Of a stretch of DNA of 64,000 bases, positions 19,290 through 29,676 are shown piece after piece. The stretch comes from an uncultured Verrucomicrobiae bacterium. GTDB taxonomy: Bacteria > Verrucomicrobiota > Verrucomicrobiia > Chthoniobacterales > Chthoniobacteraceae. The stretch spans positions 506,445-570,444 of the forward strand of contig CAWHEP010000008.1 of assembly GCA_963828525.1 (NCBI GenBank), given 5' to 3'. The position numbers and the translations under genes are program-made. The notes under the pieces are model-generated. The model searched no databases and was not told the origin of the DNA. It saw only the letters and a program-made list of their open reading frames with translations. Positions within the stretch are counted from its first letter, which is position 1, and each line of letters starts with the position of its first letter.

Positions 19290-19318
19290 TTGCTTTTCCT
19301 TTGCGGCACGCGTAAACC
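19290..19318 (+). promoter_or_regulatory. Candidate promoter of mini-Rhs cassette
   Basis: TTGCTT-17 nt-TAAACC-7 nt-ATG 19326. Confidence 0.45.
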
Positions 19319-19325
19319 TGCACGC

Positions 19326-20093
19326 ATGAACAAAAACAGATCGCTTAAGAGTGTGGCGGCCGCTTTTCTGTCGCTGCTGGTGTTTGGGATCGCGGGCGCC
19401 CGCGGTGGAGACGCGGATCACCCGCTCATGAACGGGAAGCTCCGGGTAACGACCTTGTCTCTGGAGGAGATTCGATATACGGGCAAGCCCTATAGCAAGG
19501 CGCTGGGAGCGTATGTATTCAATGCGCGCGCTTACGACGCGACGACGAGTCGCTGGACGACGCAGGATCCGAGCGGGTTCCCCGATGGAGCGAATAACCG
19601 TGTTTACTGTTCTTCGCCGCTTACGAATGTGGACAGCGTCGGACTGCTTGTAACAGCCGTTTACGCGATAAACGCCAAGACGCTTACGATTGACGGAAAA
19701 GTTTACGACAAGTGCTCCTCTGGAGACAATAAGTATGACAATCGCAATAAGGAAAAAGGTCCGATTCCAACTGGGAAGTATACAATCTACTCGTGGGGGG
19801 ACGGGGCAAATCGTGGCACCAATCAGGCATTCATCCTTGACTACAACGATAATAAGCCCCAAAATGACATGATTGATAGTGGCGACGCGGCCGGAAGATA
19901 GGGCTTCCGAATTCATCAATCGGGAGAATCACTCGGCTGTATCGCCTCGAGTTCAATCGACGCTATCGCCTCACAAATCTACTCAACCAGCTACTCTCAA
20001 ACGCTTTACAAGATCGATCAATTTACCGCCAAAATTCCAGACGCGGAGATATTTTGGGAATGGAAACTCGGAACGTTGAAGGTGACGGAATGA
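19326..20093 (+). pseudogene. Signal-peptide mini-Rhs Tlde1/DUF2778-like toxin with in-frame TAG (19899-19901)
   Basis: MNKNRSLKSVAAAFLSLLVFGIAGARG, core, PLTNVDSVGL, KGPIPTGKYTIY...AFILDYND...GR*GFRIHQSGESLGCI...GTLKVTE*. Confidence 0.85.
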
Positions 20094-20602
20094 GATTTTT
20101 TGACCGAGTCACGCCTCGCCTCAGATCAAGAGCGCCTAGGATTGCGCTCCTCGCCTTCACGTTGTGTATTGGCGCGCTCGCATCGGGCGTGGAAAGAAAA
20201 GCGCCTCCCGTGGACGGTGACACAGTCTTCATAAAATTTTTCGCGCGAGGATTGCTTGGCGGACCGGCTTGTCGCGCGATCTTGCTCGCGGGACGGAAGG
20301 AGCCCGTTAGCGCAAAGGATTGCAACGACGAGAGGCAGTCGCTCATGAGACTGGTGAGGGGCTTGCCTCTCGCGGAGAAATGCAGGTTTGCTCTGATGTC
20401 GTTGCTGTCCCTAAACCTGGATGGCGATGGGGCGGAGATGTTTGGGCAGAACTACCTGGGAGCGGATCAGCACGCAGTTGGCGTCGCGCTTAATCGCATC
20501 CCCGACCGCGAACTGATGAACACGTGGCCGTATCAGAGATGCAAGGATCCCGCGCGAATTGGCTTGTTCAGGGTACTCGTCAAGGACTGGATTGCGCACT
20601 AA
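20090..20602 (+). CDS. Putative immunity protein, family A
   Basis: ATGA overlap; LPLAEKCRFALMSLLSLNLDGDGAEMFGQNYLGAD. Confidence 0.75.
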   Translation: MRFFDRVTPRLRSRAPRIALLAFTLCIGALASGVERKAPPVDGDTVFIKFFARGLLGGPACRAILLAGRKEPVSAKDCNDERQSLMRLVRGLPLAEKCRFALMSLLSLNLDGDGAEMFGQNYLGADQHAVGVALNRIPDRELMNTWPYQRCKDPARIGLFRVLVKDWIAH

Positions 20603-20844
20603 CCGCCGATTGGGCTTCCGCATTTCTCGTTGATGGTTCACGGCACCCAACACCGCTAATCCCTCTGATTAACAGAATGGACTATGGCGCGCGTATTTCA
20701 CGGTTTGGGGCGGAGAAGGGTTTCCACCGCGGATTACACGGAGCTTTGCGGATTGGGAGATTTCAATGCCAAGACGCTGATACAGAAGGGGGAGTTGGGG
20801 AGTGAGGAGGGGAAGAGAAGTATGCCCGGGTTTGCCTCCCGCGG

Positions 20845-21128
20845 TACAACTGCGATGGCTATACGTTCGCCGGTGGGGGCTATTGGATTCAACCGTCAAC
20901 GTACCCGCTATCCTGAAGGGAGATGGATACAGGCAGATAACAGGACTTGACGATACCAAGGCGAAAATCGCGGTGTGGGGAAACGGTGACCACTCGGCAC
21001 TGGTGACCGGATTGGCACAGGATCACAGTGTGAATCAGGTTACGGGAAAGGCGGGCATAGATCCCGGTTTGAATACGACAACTCCAGAGGAGCAGTGGAA
21101 GACGGGAACCCCGGTTTACTATGAATAA
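20845..21128 (+). pseudogene. Orphan papain-fold-like toxin fragment
   Basis: YNCDGYTFAGGGYWI, then after a frameshift AILKGDGY...IAVWGNGDHSALV...GKAG (candidate Cys/His dyad). Confidence 0.55.
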
Positions 21129-21720
21129 GCTGTTACGATTCGGGCTGGCGTTATTTATCGGGGTTTCCGCCAACGCGGAAATCACCTTTCAGCCGGGGGC
21201 ACCGGAGTTCAAGGCCGCGATTACCGCGCAAGTTGATCTAATCCTGAGGATAGACGCCTCCGGTCACTGCAAGCTCCAGCTCTCGAACCATTCGAACGAG
21301 GTTGCGCGGGTCGGTGGAGGATGGTGGCTTCTGATGCGAAAGAATCCCTTCAAGGTGCCTGGAGCTATTTCCATCCAAGCGCGGGATCGACAAAAGAGAG
21401 TCATCTCAATCAGCGCGAGTAACGCTGATGGCTGGTTCAGCCCCGCCGCATATTCGTCCGAAGCAGCATTGGGCGATCCCGCGCAGACTCTCAACATAGG
21501 CGCTGAAGGAGCCGCGGAGTTCCCATTCGAACTTAGTGATTGGATCCCATCGCTGAAGACGTGGACAAAGGAAGCGTGGATGAGAAGAGAGTGCGCTGAC
21601 CCATGTGAATACCGGTTCCGGAGTTTAGGCACTCGAGAAAGCGGCGGTCGTTACGCTCCGGCCCTTCTTATTGAAACTCCGTGGTTGCCGTGGGCGTCTC
21701 CACCTGCTGCGGGTAAGTGA
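21121..21720 (+). CDS. Putative exported immunity protein
   Basis: Signal peptide MNKLLRFGLALFIGVSANA; overlaps the toxin stop. Confidence 0.65.
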   Translation: MNKLLRFGLALFIGVSANAEITFQPGAPEFKAAITAQVDLILRIDASGHCKLQLSNHSNEVARVGGGWWLLMRKNPFKVPGAISIQARDRQKRVISISASNADGWFSPAAYSSEAALGDPAQTLNIGAEGAAEFPFELSDWIPSLKTWTKEAWMRRECADPCEYRFRSLGTRESGGRYAPALLIETPWLPWASPPAAGK

Positions 21721-22006
21721 AATGCGTCGCTTCTCTGGGTCGTGGATCACGCAAGGACGCGAAGCAGGGTCCAACGCCAACGACGAAGACGTGGTGCCTT
21801 CATTGAGATAGAACGATCAAACGCGGCTCGAGCTGCGACTCGATGCCTCGTGGCCAAGGGCAGAGCTCGCAGACGAAGACGAGTGGCGCTCACGCACGGG
21901 CGCGTGATTCCCTCCCCCACGCTTCCCCTGCAGAGGCGGGAATTGTGTTTCCTTTGTGTTTTTAACTGTACCGTAAGTGTTTAAAACCGCACCAATTCTG
22001 TTTTTT

Positions 22007-22035
22007 TTGCTTTTCCCTTGCGCTTGGCGTAAACC
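22007..22035 (+). promoter_or_regulatory. Candidate promoter of mini-Rhs cassette
   Basis: TTGCTT-17 nt-TAAACC-7 nt-ATG 22043. Confidence 0.45.
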
Positions 22036-22042
22036 TGCACGC

Positions 22043-22937
22043 ATGAACCAAAAACAGATCGGTTAAGAGTGTGGCGGCCGCTTTTCTGTCGCTGCTGGTG
22101 TTTGGGATCGCGGGCGCTCAGGGCGGTGAAACGGATCACCCGCTGATGAACGGGAAGCTCCGGGTCACGACGTTATCGCCGGAGGAGATTCGATATACGG
22201 GCAAGCCCTATAGCAAGGCTCTCGGAGGATATGTATTCAATGCGCGCGCTTATGACGCTGCGACGAGCCGCTGGACCACCCCTGATCCGAGCGGGTTTCC
22301 AGATGGGGCTAATAATCGAAGGTATGTTACTGATCCGACCCGACAGGCCGACCCGACTGGACTTTACACGATCGTCGCTAGCGACGACACGCCGGACCCC
22401 GCGACTGCTGATTATAATTCGAACGAGCACACCGTCACCGCGAACGATATCACCCCCATCAACGCTGTAGGCTGGAGACTCTTTGGCTGGACTATCACAC
22501 CGGACGCGGGGTCGGGTAGCGGTGCTCAGATTACGTTAAACGTAACTTCGTACACCGCGTTGAACGGCGTCACCTCCGGTTCTCCAACTCTAGGGGCTCA
22601 GTTAAGCATCAGCAACTGCTCTAACCTGCCAGCCCTTTCGAATGGGCAGGAGTTCGGGTGGATGCAGGTTGTGACCACCAATGATAAAGATGGAGGCGGA
22701 ACACTTCCAGCGACGATCTCTTATCTCGACAACGCTCAGTCCGGCTCGGCCCTGTATGGTGGCACCCAGTCCGTCACTGGCGCAAATCCGAGTTTTTATG
22801 ACCGGTCAAGTAGGGGTGTTTCCGATGCTTCCCAAAATAACGTTACGTGGAAAGGGAGCCTATACTTGGTGGAGACTGACGGTTTTACGGAGGCAACGGT
22901 GTTAGGCGGGATCAGCTGGGGTTACACCATAGAATGA
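22043..22937 (+). CDS. Signal-peptide mini-Rhs toxin, family B (one extra base just after the ATG; open from GTG 22071)
   Basis: AAAFLSLLVFGIAGAQG-GETDHPLMNGKL...RRYVTDPTRQADPTGL plus ~190 aa variable domain. Confidence 0.85.
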
Positions 22938-24127
22938 CTCGTCTGCAAGCTGTCGCCCTCCTGTTGCTCGCGGGATGCTCCTCTTCTTCTGCAGAAGGGG
23001 GCGTTAATGTAAGAACTACATTCGACTTCCCGCGGACAGTCGATATCCCGCAGATGGGTTTCACGCGCGAAGGGGTGCGCGTGGCTCTTGGCGTCTTAAC
23101 CATACAAAACGCAAGCAGTGCGCCTATCCTTTGTTTTCGTCGAGCCGTCGCTTTGCAGATGACTGATAGTGTCGGCAAAGTCTTCGGGGTCACTCACGCT
23201 TCGGATTATTTTCGTCCCAATGCGCCCGACGATTTTGTCCGAATCCCGCCAGCGGGCAACGCGTCTTTCCCTTTGGAGGTCAAGGTCTCTCACCGGCTGG
23301 GAGATAAAATCATTCTGTGGGGCCGGGAGCTGTCAGGCTGGTGGCAGATAAATGATCTCAAGTTCGGGAAATATCGCGTTTCCGCCGTGTACGAAGTAGA
23401 GCAGAGGCCAGAGACGTTTGATGTGAAGGCGCTGCCTCCGGATCAGAGGCAGAGCCTGTATAGGGGCCCGCTGGAAAGCCCGTCTGTCAATTGTTTGCTC
23501 GAGCCGAAACACGGGAATGAGACAACGGAACGCGGAGAAACCCCGCAAATGAATGACATTTGCCCTTCTTCCTCGGGTTCATCGAGCTCGGCAGAGAAAA
23601 TGGCTGCCGGGTCGGGAGGAATCTCATGCGATTTAAAAGTAGATCCAAAGGTTTGGGTTTCCCCCGCTTTGAGGAAGACGACGGCTATCACGTTCATCCT
23701 GGCGCTAAAGAATCTCACGGAGAAACAAACTCGTCCCATGAATTGGGAAAGTGTTACCCCGCTCCTGATGACGGAAGCCGGGAAAGCGGTGAAAGAAATC
23801 GATGGTTCGAATCCCAAACCGTACCTCAGGAACTGGAACTATCCGGTGGCTCACCCGGGAGAGGTGATGACAATGCGGACTACAGGGTATCTCGGATGGG
23901 AGGACGGGCGGCTCACCTTCAGCTTTTGGGACGGCGGTTTCGTGCACTACTTTTACGATGTCAAACCCGGCAAATACAAGATTGCTTTACGGTATTCGGT
24001 GTTCTCGCCGCCCCCTGAAGACGGAGCAAGGACGGGCGATTACACGAGGCAGACGCTGAGCGGCCCACTCAAAAAGCTATTGCTGTGCGAGGCAACTACC
24101 GCTGTCACAGAGATCGAAATCCGGTAG
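22934..24127 (+). CDS. Lipoprotein immunity protein, family B, two tandem domains
   Basis: ATGA overlap; lipobox LLLAGC; second half matches 11517-12182. Confidence 0.75.
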   Translation: MTRLQAVALLLLAGCSSSSAEGGVNVRTTFDFPRTVDIPQMGFTREGVRVALGVLTIQNASSAPILCFRRAVALQMTDSVGKVFGVTHASDYFRPNAPDDFVRIPPAGNASFPLEVKVSHRLGDKIILWGRELSGWWQINDLKFGKYRVSAVYEVEQRPETFDVKALPPDQRQSLYRGPLESPSVNCLLEPKHGNETTERGETPQMNDICPSSSGSSSSAEKMAAGSGGISCDLKVDPKVWVSPALRKTTAITFILALKNLTEKQTRPMNWESVTPLLMTEAGKAVKEIDGSNPKPYLRNWNYPVAHPGEVMTMRTTGYLGWEDGRLTFSFWDGGFVHYFYDVKPGKYKIALRYSVFSPPPEDGARTGDYTRQTLSGPLKKLLLCEATTAVTEIEIR

Positions 24128-24197
24128 CGCAGGGTTGGGCGCATCCAGTGCCGATAACATATTCGCCAAAATATTCAGACGGTACGTCCTGCTGCGA

Positions 24198-24629
24198 ATG
24201 AAGTTTGCATTCAAAGTCTGTTTGTTCGCTCGGATGCTTTCGCCCCAGGGGATTGCGCGGCTTGTGCTCTTCCTGTGTTTGGGGCTTGAGGATTGTCTCG
24301 CAGCTCCATCGTTTGAAGGTAAGTCCGAACCCGAAATTCGGCAGTACATCTTGAAAATAGCTCCCATTGGTTCTTCTGCGAAGGCAGTTCTGGCAGCTAT
24401 GAAGGATCATCTTCAACTGTTAGGCGTTCTGCAAACTAACTATGACACGATAGACCGGAGGAATCCGAGAGCGATTGTTCATGTTGATGGTCGAATCGAG
24501 GTTTTGCTGGGAACTGAACATCCAAACCCGGGATCCCCGGTGTATGACGAAATTATCTGCCGCTGGGATTTCAACAAGAAGCTGATTCTTCAAGATGTGA
24601 GCGCCGTGAGGCAGCCCACCGGCCCGTAA
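24198..24629 (+). CDS. Hypothetical exported protein (orphan immunity candidate)
   Basis: Hydrophobic segment IARLVLFLCLGL; located among immunity genes. Confidence 0.5.
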   Translation: MKFAFKVCLFARMLSPQGIARLVLFLCLGLEDCLAAPSFEGKSEPEIRQYILKIAPIGSSAKAVLAAMKDHLQLLGVLQTNYDTIDRRNPRAIVHVDGRIEVLLGTEHPNPGSPVYDEIICRWDFNKKLILQDVSAVRQPTGP

Positions 24630-25067
24630 TCCGCGCGAACGCGATATATCTCTTCCTTCCCTCTCCCAGGTAGATTGCGCACGCGCTTCTTCTTTACTTG
24701 AAGTTACTGCTCAACGCGCGAGACAATGTTGACGGTTCGGATGCGATCCCAAAACGGATCAGAAGACATGGATTACCCCCAATTCGAAAATGGCTACGGA
24801 GACATGGTCATCTTCGAGTCGAAGAAAACCCACGGGAAACGATCTGGCTCCCCAAAATGGGGAGAGCGTCATCCCGCTCCTGTTGAAAAGACGACAAGTC
24901 CGTAATAAGCTGGGATGGCGACGCCACCGTCGATCCTGGAGCAGTCCAGCGCCTGCCGCTTCGTTCATCAATGAATCCTAGGCTGATCTTACGCCCGCTG
25001 CGCGCTTTTCTCACCACCCGTTGCTTTGTCTTGCCAAGCACTCTGAACGTCACTGAATAGCTCCATT

Positions 25068-25580
25068 ATGCAAGTCATATCCCTTCGTTACACGACCGTC
25101 TTCGCCTTCCTTTTTCTCCCTTGGCTCTGCCTGCGGGCCTCCGACAGTTCCGCGAACGTCGCAAAAGATCTTACCATCGACATTCCCAGATGCGATAGGG
25201 TGTTCAATGCTTCATATATGGGAATGATGTATGCCGGGAAGAGCGCGCCGCGCGTCTCCGCCATATTTAAGAGGGTGGCTCCCGATCCCTATCCGAGCGA
25301 TGAAGGAGCGCACGACCGAATCTGCGCGGCGGTGCGCTCTTTTAGCATCCCGGAAAAGTGCAGGTTCGGGGTCTTGTCCCTTCTTGCATTCCGGCTTGAC
25401 GGCGAGCGTTCCGAGAACTTCGGTTCCGACTACTTCGGCGCCGACCAAAAGAGGGTTGGACAGGAATTGAGCAAGATTACAGATGTCGAATGGGAATTCT
25501 TGTGCAAGGCCAGAGGGGTCCCGGTGGCGGACAAGATTGACGCCATCCACAGCCAAATAAAGCTGATGTTAAGGAATTAA
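25068..25580 (+). CDS. Orphan immunity protein, family A
   Basis: Signal peptide; IPEKCRFGVLSLLAFRLDGERSENFGSDYFGAD; preceded by a STLNVTE* toxin stub (~25037-25060). Confidence 0.75.
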   Translation: MQVISLRYTTVFAFLFLPWLCLRASDSSANVAKDLTIDIPRCDRVFNASYMGMMYAGKSAPRVSAIFKRVAPDPYPSDEGAHDRICAAVRSFSIPEKCRFGVLSLLAFRLDGERSENFGSDYFGADQKRVGQELSKITDVEWEFLCKARGVPVADKIDAIHSQIKLMLRN

Positions 25581-26005
25581 GAATTAAGAATGCGCGGACA
25601 GGGCTGTCGGGCTATAGGATGGAAGTGGCGTTTCGCCCCCGCGAAGGAAGAGAAGCAGGTTTGGGGGATGCTACTGACGAGGGGTTTAGGTGAAGAGCTT
25701 GCGTAGAGGGACGGACGCCTCGGGGAGGCGGTGGGAAATGGCTTGTGAGCATGGCGTCCGTCCCGCGGGACGGACGCCTCGGCGAGGCATCCCTATCCTG
25801 CATGCGATACGCAATCGTCTCCGAAGTTGCATTTCGTCCCGCTCTCTCCGCTCTCCCCCTCCGGACCTCTGCGTCTCGGCGTTTAAAATCCCCCTCTTCC
25901 GTTACACGCCTGGCGGTCTTCGCGGGCGCCCCTCCCCCAAGCTTCCCCGCCCTCTGCGGGAATTGTGTTCACTAAGTGTTTGTAAGCGCACCCATTCTGC
26001 TCTTT

Positions 26006-26034
26006 TTGCTTTTCCCTTGCGCTTGGCGTAAACC
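26006..26034 (+). promoter_or_regulatory. Candidate promoter of mini-Rhs cassette
   Basis: TTGCTT-17 nt-TAAACC-7 nt-ATG 26042. Confidence 0.45.
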
Positions 26035-26041
26035 TGCTCGC

Positions 26042-26822
26042 ATGAACAAAAACAGATCGGCTACGAGTGTGGCGGCCGCTTCTCTGTCGCTGCTGGTGTT
26101 TGGGATCGCGGGCGCTCAGGGCGGTGAAACGGATCACCCGCTCATGAACGGGAAGCTCCGGGTCACGACCTTGTCTCCGGAGGAGATTCGATATACGGGC
26201 AAGCCCTATAGCAAGGCTTTCGGAGGGTATGTATTCAATGCGCGCGCGTACGATCCGACGACGAGCCGCTGGACGACGCAGGATCCGAGCGGGTTTCCAG
26301 ATGGAGCAAAATAACTTCGTGTTTTGTTGCAACTGCATTCTAAACGCACTCGATCCGGACGGCTGTACCGTTTCCTGGATTGAGGAGGAAAGTACGTATT
26401 CCCCGAATACTACCTATTCACGACTTCCCGCCACCAACTTTTTTTGGGATATCAGCCATAATGGCACCATCGTCAACGAAGGCTCGTTTACAGGCACCTT
26501 TAAACAGATGTACGATAATTCTGGTACCGATGGCTTTGTAACGTGGAGAGGCCTCAACTCATCGAACTTCGGTCAAGTCTACGGACTAGATCTGGTCTCC
26601 CAGGATGGGTCGAACAACTGGTCTAAAAATGGCTGGACAGTCAGCGCTGGTTTTTTGGAAAACGCCGGGGTTCACGATGCAGATCTAGAAACAGTTAATT
26701 CTAGAATCAATCCTCTAGGGGCGGCAACAACCCGCAATACCCTACGAGGTCTTTCAACGTATTTATACCAAACCCTCGTTAACGATAAGGCCGACTACAA
26801 TGGAGACTTATATTACGAGTAG
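26042..26822 (+). pseudogene. Signal-peptide mini-Rhs toxin with unrecognised domain (frameshift near 26310)
   Basis: MNKNRSATSVAAASLSLLVFGIAGAQG, core to DPSGFPDGA, then shifted NNFVFCCNCILNALDPDGC plus ~150 aa. Confidence 0.8.
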
Positions 26823-27417
26823 GGAATGGCTGCTAATCGTTGGATTATTCGCGCTGTCCCCCTTGACGAGTTGGTCTGCTGAGACGGAGGAGCCTGCGCT
26901 TACGTGGCGATCTCCGCAGGGACAATATGAAATGGTTCACTGTCCCGCTCTTTGGCTGGTTGCCCACAATGAGCGGTGCCCCGAATGCCCGTATGTTTAT
27001 GTCTTAACGCATCGCAGCGTTGTTGTGTGGACGGGTATGTCATTTGTCGATGAGTCCGCACACGCTTTCAAAGTTATTTGGTCTCCCCGCCTGGACTTTG
27101 TGTTGGTTCTCGACCGGCCGGAACGCGGCGAATGCTACCTAAATGTTATTGCATTAAAGCCCGGGTACATTTCGAGAGCCCCAAGCATTCAAAATGTTGT
27201 AAGAGACGCGTTCAAAGCCTCTGAAGATACGGATGATCGTGTTGCCGCAAAGCAGTGGTTCGGGCGGTGGACTTGGGTTTCGCGCGCCGTTGCGAGAGGG
27301 GAGTTATATTGTTCGAAGCGGTCGAGCTATAAGATCACCTTGGAATACAACGCGGGCCCGGTGTCTGAAGGGCTTAGGGTGCTAGAGACAAAGATATTAA
27401 AGACGGGGCCTCAATAG
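26800..27417 (+). CDS. Putative exported immunity protein
   Basis: Overlaps the toxin end; signal-like WLLIVGLFALSPLTSWSA. Confidence 0.65.
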   Translation: METYITSREWLLIVGLFALSPLTSWSAETEEPALTWRSPQGQYEMVHCPALWLVAHNERCPECPYVYVLTHRSVVVWTGMSFVDESAHAFKVIWSPRLDFVLVLDRPERGECYLNVIALKPGYISRAPSIQNVVRDAFKASEDTDDRVAAKQWFGRWTWVSRAVARGELYCSKRSSYKITLEYNAGPVSEGLRVLETKILKTGPQ

Positions 27418-27476
27418 GGGCAGCGGTTGTTTACTCTTATTTTTCTAGCCAGTCGGACAACCTTGCGCACACAGCT

Positions 27477-27951
27477 ATGAATCACGCGGATGACACGACG
27501 CCTGGAGACTGGACCCTCTCTTCCGGTGAAGTAGATGCAATGAAGGAGAACACCGCCTACTCCACTCTGGGCGATTTTATTCTAAAGGCATTTACAAAGA
27601 AATTCAAAGACACGACACAGCAAGGAGACGCGATTAAGTATAGCACATCCAGGAAGAATGTCTCATTTTAAGAATATGCCCGATGAGAATGGAGGAAACG
27701 ACGCGTACTATGGCATCGGAAGTGCTAGGTTTTGGTCGGACGGCACAGTGGCGGTCGCCAACACTGACGGAACCTACGAAGCGACCTACAGCGCTAATAT
27801 CACCATGTACAAGTTCTGGGACTTCACGAACGATTCCCACTGGTACAGCCCCACTGCGGCGGGATTAAGGCTACAGAACCATGGTTACGTAGAGCCTTTC
27901 AACGTTAACGCATATTACAAAGAGACTTATATCGTGGACTGGAAGGAATAG
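27477..27951 (+). pseudogene. Orphan toxin fragment, family C (frameshift near 27660)
   Basis: GDWTLSSGEVD... and DAYYGIG...YKFWDF...GLRLQNHGYVEPFNV...DWKE* parallel 15577-16176. Confidence 0.7.
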
Positions 27952-27955
27952 CTTC

Positions 27956-28429
27956 GTGAAGCTTGCCGTGCTTGCCGCTGCCCTGGCGACATGCGTGTTT
28001 TCCTCCACCAAAGTCTGGGAGGCATGGTGCAGAAGCGTTCGGCAAACTACTTCGCCCGTCTCCCTGACGGAAGCCAGGAAGTTTTGCCGAATACCGCTTC
28101 CAGATAGCGCTAGGAATATACAAGTCGCCGTGTTTTCCGATTGGGAGAATTACCAATGCTTTGTTCGGTTCGAAGATTCCAGCCCTGAATGCGCGCGCGC
28201 AATTGAACCGGTCTTCCGTTCTCATGCAAAGGATATGAAGTGGAAATATGCGGCCCCGAAGATCAAGGTCATAACAGAAGCGCCGGTTCTTGATGTCACA
28301 CCGCAGGGTTCCCTGCGCGTCGATTGGTTCGACATCGCAAATATCAAGCACGGGATCACGGCAGGCTGGCAACCGCAGGTATGGGTTGACAATGACCGTG
28401 GCGCCTTCTACTTCTGTCTAACGGACTAA
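27956..28429 (+). CDS. Putative exported immunity protein
   Basis: 4 bp after the toxin stop; signal-like MKLAVLAAALATCVFS. Confidence 0.65.
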   Translation: MKLAVLAAALATCVFSSTKVWEAWCRSVRQTTSPVSLTEARKFCRIPLPDSARNIQVAVFSDWENYQCFVRFEDSSPECARAIEPVFRSHAKDMKWKYAAPKIKVITEAPVLDVTPQGSLRVDWFDIANIKHGITAGWQPQVWVDNDRGAFYFCLTD

Positions 28430-28513
28430 ATCTGCTCAGATCGATCTGCATCTGCGGGTCTTCGGGCGATCCGGCGAGCTTTCCTTTCCCCCACGTCATT
28501 GAGTAGCTCCATT

Positions 28514-29027
28514 ATGCAAGTCATAGCCCTTCGTTACGCGACTGCCTCGGCCTTCCTTCTTCTCCCTTGGCTCTGCCTGCGGGCCTCCGACAGTTCCGCG
28601 AACGTCGCAAAAGATCTTACCATCGACATTCCCCGATGCGATAGGGTATTCAATGCTCTCATACATGGAAATGATGTATGCCGAGGTAGCGCGTCCCCCA
28701 CGTATCCGCCATATTTAAGAGGGTGGCCCCCGACCCCTACCCGAGCGATGAAGGCCCACTGACCGCATCTTCGCAGCGATGCGCTCCTTTAGCATCCCGG
28801 AAAAGTGCAGATTCGCGATTCTGTCCCTTCTTGCATTCAGGCTTGATGGTGAGGGTTCCGAGAACTTCGGTTCCAACTACTTCGGCGCCGACCAAAAGAG
28901 GGTTGGAGAGGAATTGAGCAAGATTACAGATGTCGAATGGGAATTCCTGTGCCAGGCCAGAGGCGTCCCTGTGGCTGACAAGATTGACGCCATCCACCGC
29001 CAAATAAAGACGATGTTAGGGAATTAA
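28514..29027 (+). pseudogene. Immunity family A, near-duplicate of 25068-25580 with frameshifts
   Basis: Matching nucleotide sequence with indels at ~28660-28780. Confidence 0.75.
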
Positions 29028-29054
29028 GAATGCGCGGACAGGGCTGTCCGGGTA

Positions 29055-29168
29055 TACTCAACAAGCTACTCTCAAACGCTTTACAAGATTGATCAACATG
29101 GGACGTCCATAGATCCGCCGGAAACATTCTGGGAGTGGAAACTCGGGTCGTTGAAGGTCACGGAGTAG
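29055..29168 (+). pseudogene. Tlde1-like toxin 3' stub
   Basis: YSTSYSQTLYKIDQ...FWEWKLGSLKVTE*, close to the end of 19326-20093. Confidence 0.75.
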
Positions 29169-29172
29169 ATAT

Positions 29173-29676
29173 ATGTCGCCGACAACGCGTCAATACCTAG
29201 TGAAAGTTCCTTTGGCGGTATTGTTCTTTTTGCTGACGGGGGGATGCGCATGGGCATCAGGCGCGGAAGCGAATGCCGCGTTTGCGCATGCTGACACAGT
29301 CTGCATGAGATTATTCATGCAGGAATTCGTGGGCGGCTCGATTTCGCGCGAGATCATGCAAGCCGGACGAGGGATCCCCGCCGAGGTAAAGACAGATCAC
29401 GGCGAAAAAGAGTCGCTCATGAGACTGGTGAGAGCCTTGCCTCTCGCGGAGAAGTGCAGATTTGCTTTGATGTCGTTGCTGTCCCTAAACCTGGATGGCG
29501 ATGGGGCGGAGATGTTTGGGCATGACTACCTTGGATCGGATCAGCACGCCGTTGGCGTCGCGCTTAATCGCATCCCCGACCACGAACTGATGAACACGTG
29601 GCCGTATCAGAGATGCAAGGATCCCGCGCGGATTCGCTTGTTCAGGGCACTTGTCAACGACTGGATTGCACACTAA
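29173..29676 (+). CDS. Orphan immunity protein, family A
   Basis: C-terminal half nearly identical to 20090-20602; downstream 250 bp also duplicated. Confidence 0.75.
   Translation: MSPTTRQYLVKVPLAVLFFLLTGGCAWASGAEANAAFAHADTVCMRLFMQEFVGGSISREIMQAGRGIPAEVKTDHGEKESLMRLVRALPLAEKCRFALMSLLSLNLDGDGAEMFGHDYLGSDQHAVGVALNRIPDHELMNTWPYQRCKDPARIRLFRALVNDWIAH

Noticed and set aside
24630..25036. Possible further gene between immunity genes
   Set aside because: Coding-like DNA but only short broken frames with no motif or clear start; at most a decayed fragment.
26023..26038. Sigma54 promoter (TGGC...TGC) upstream of mini-Rhs
   Set aside because: GG-to-GC spacing is 9 nt rather than 10, and the GG is not conserved in the 19326 copy.
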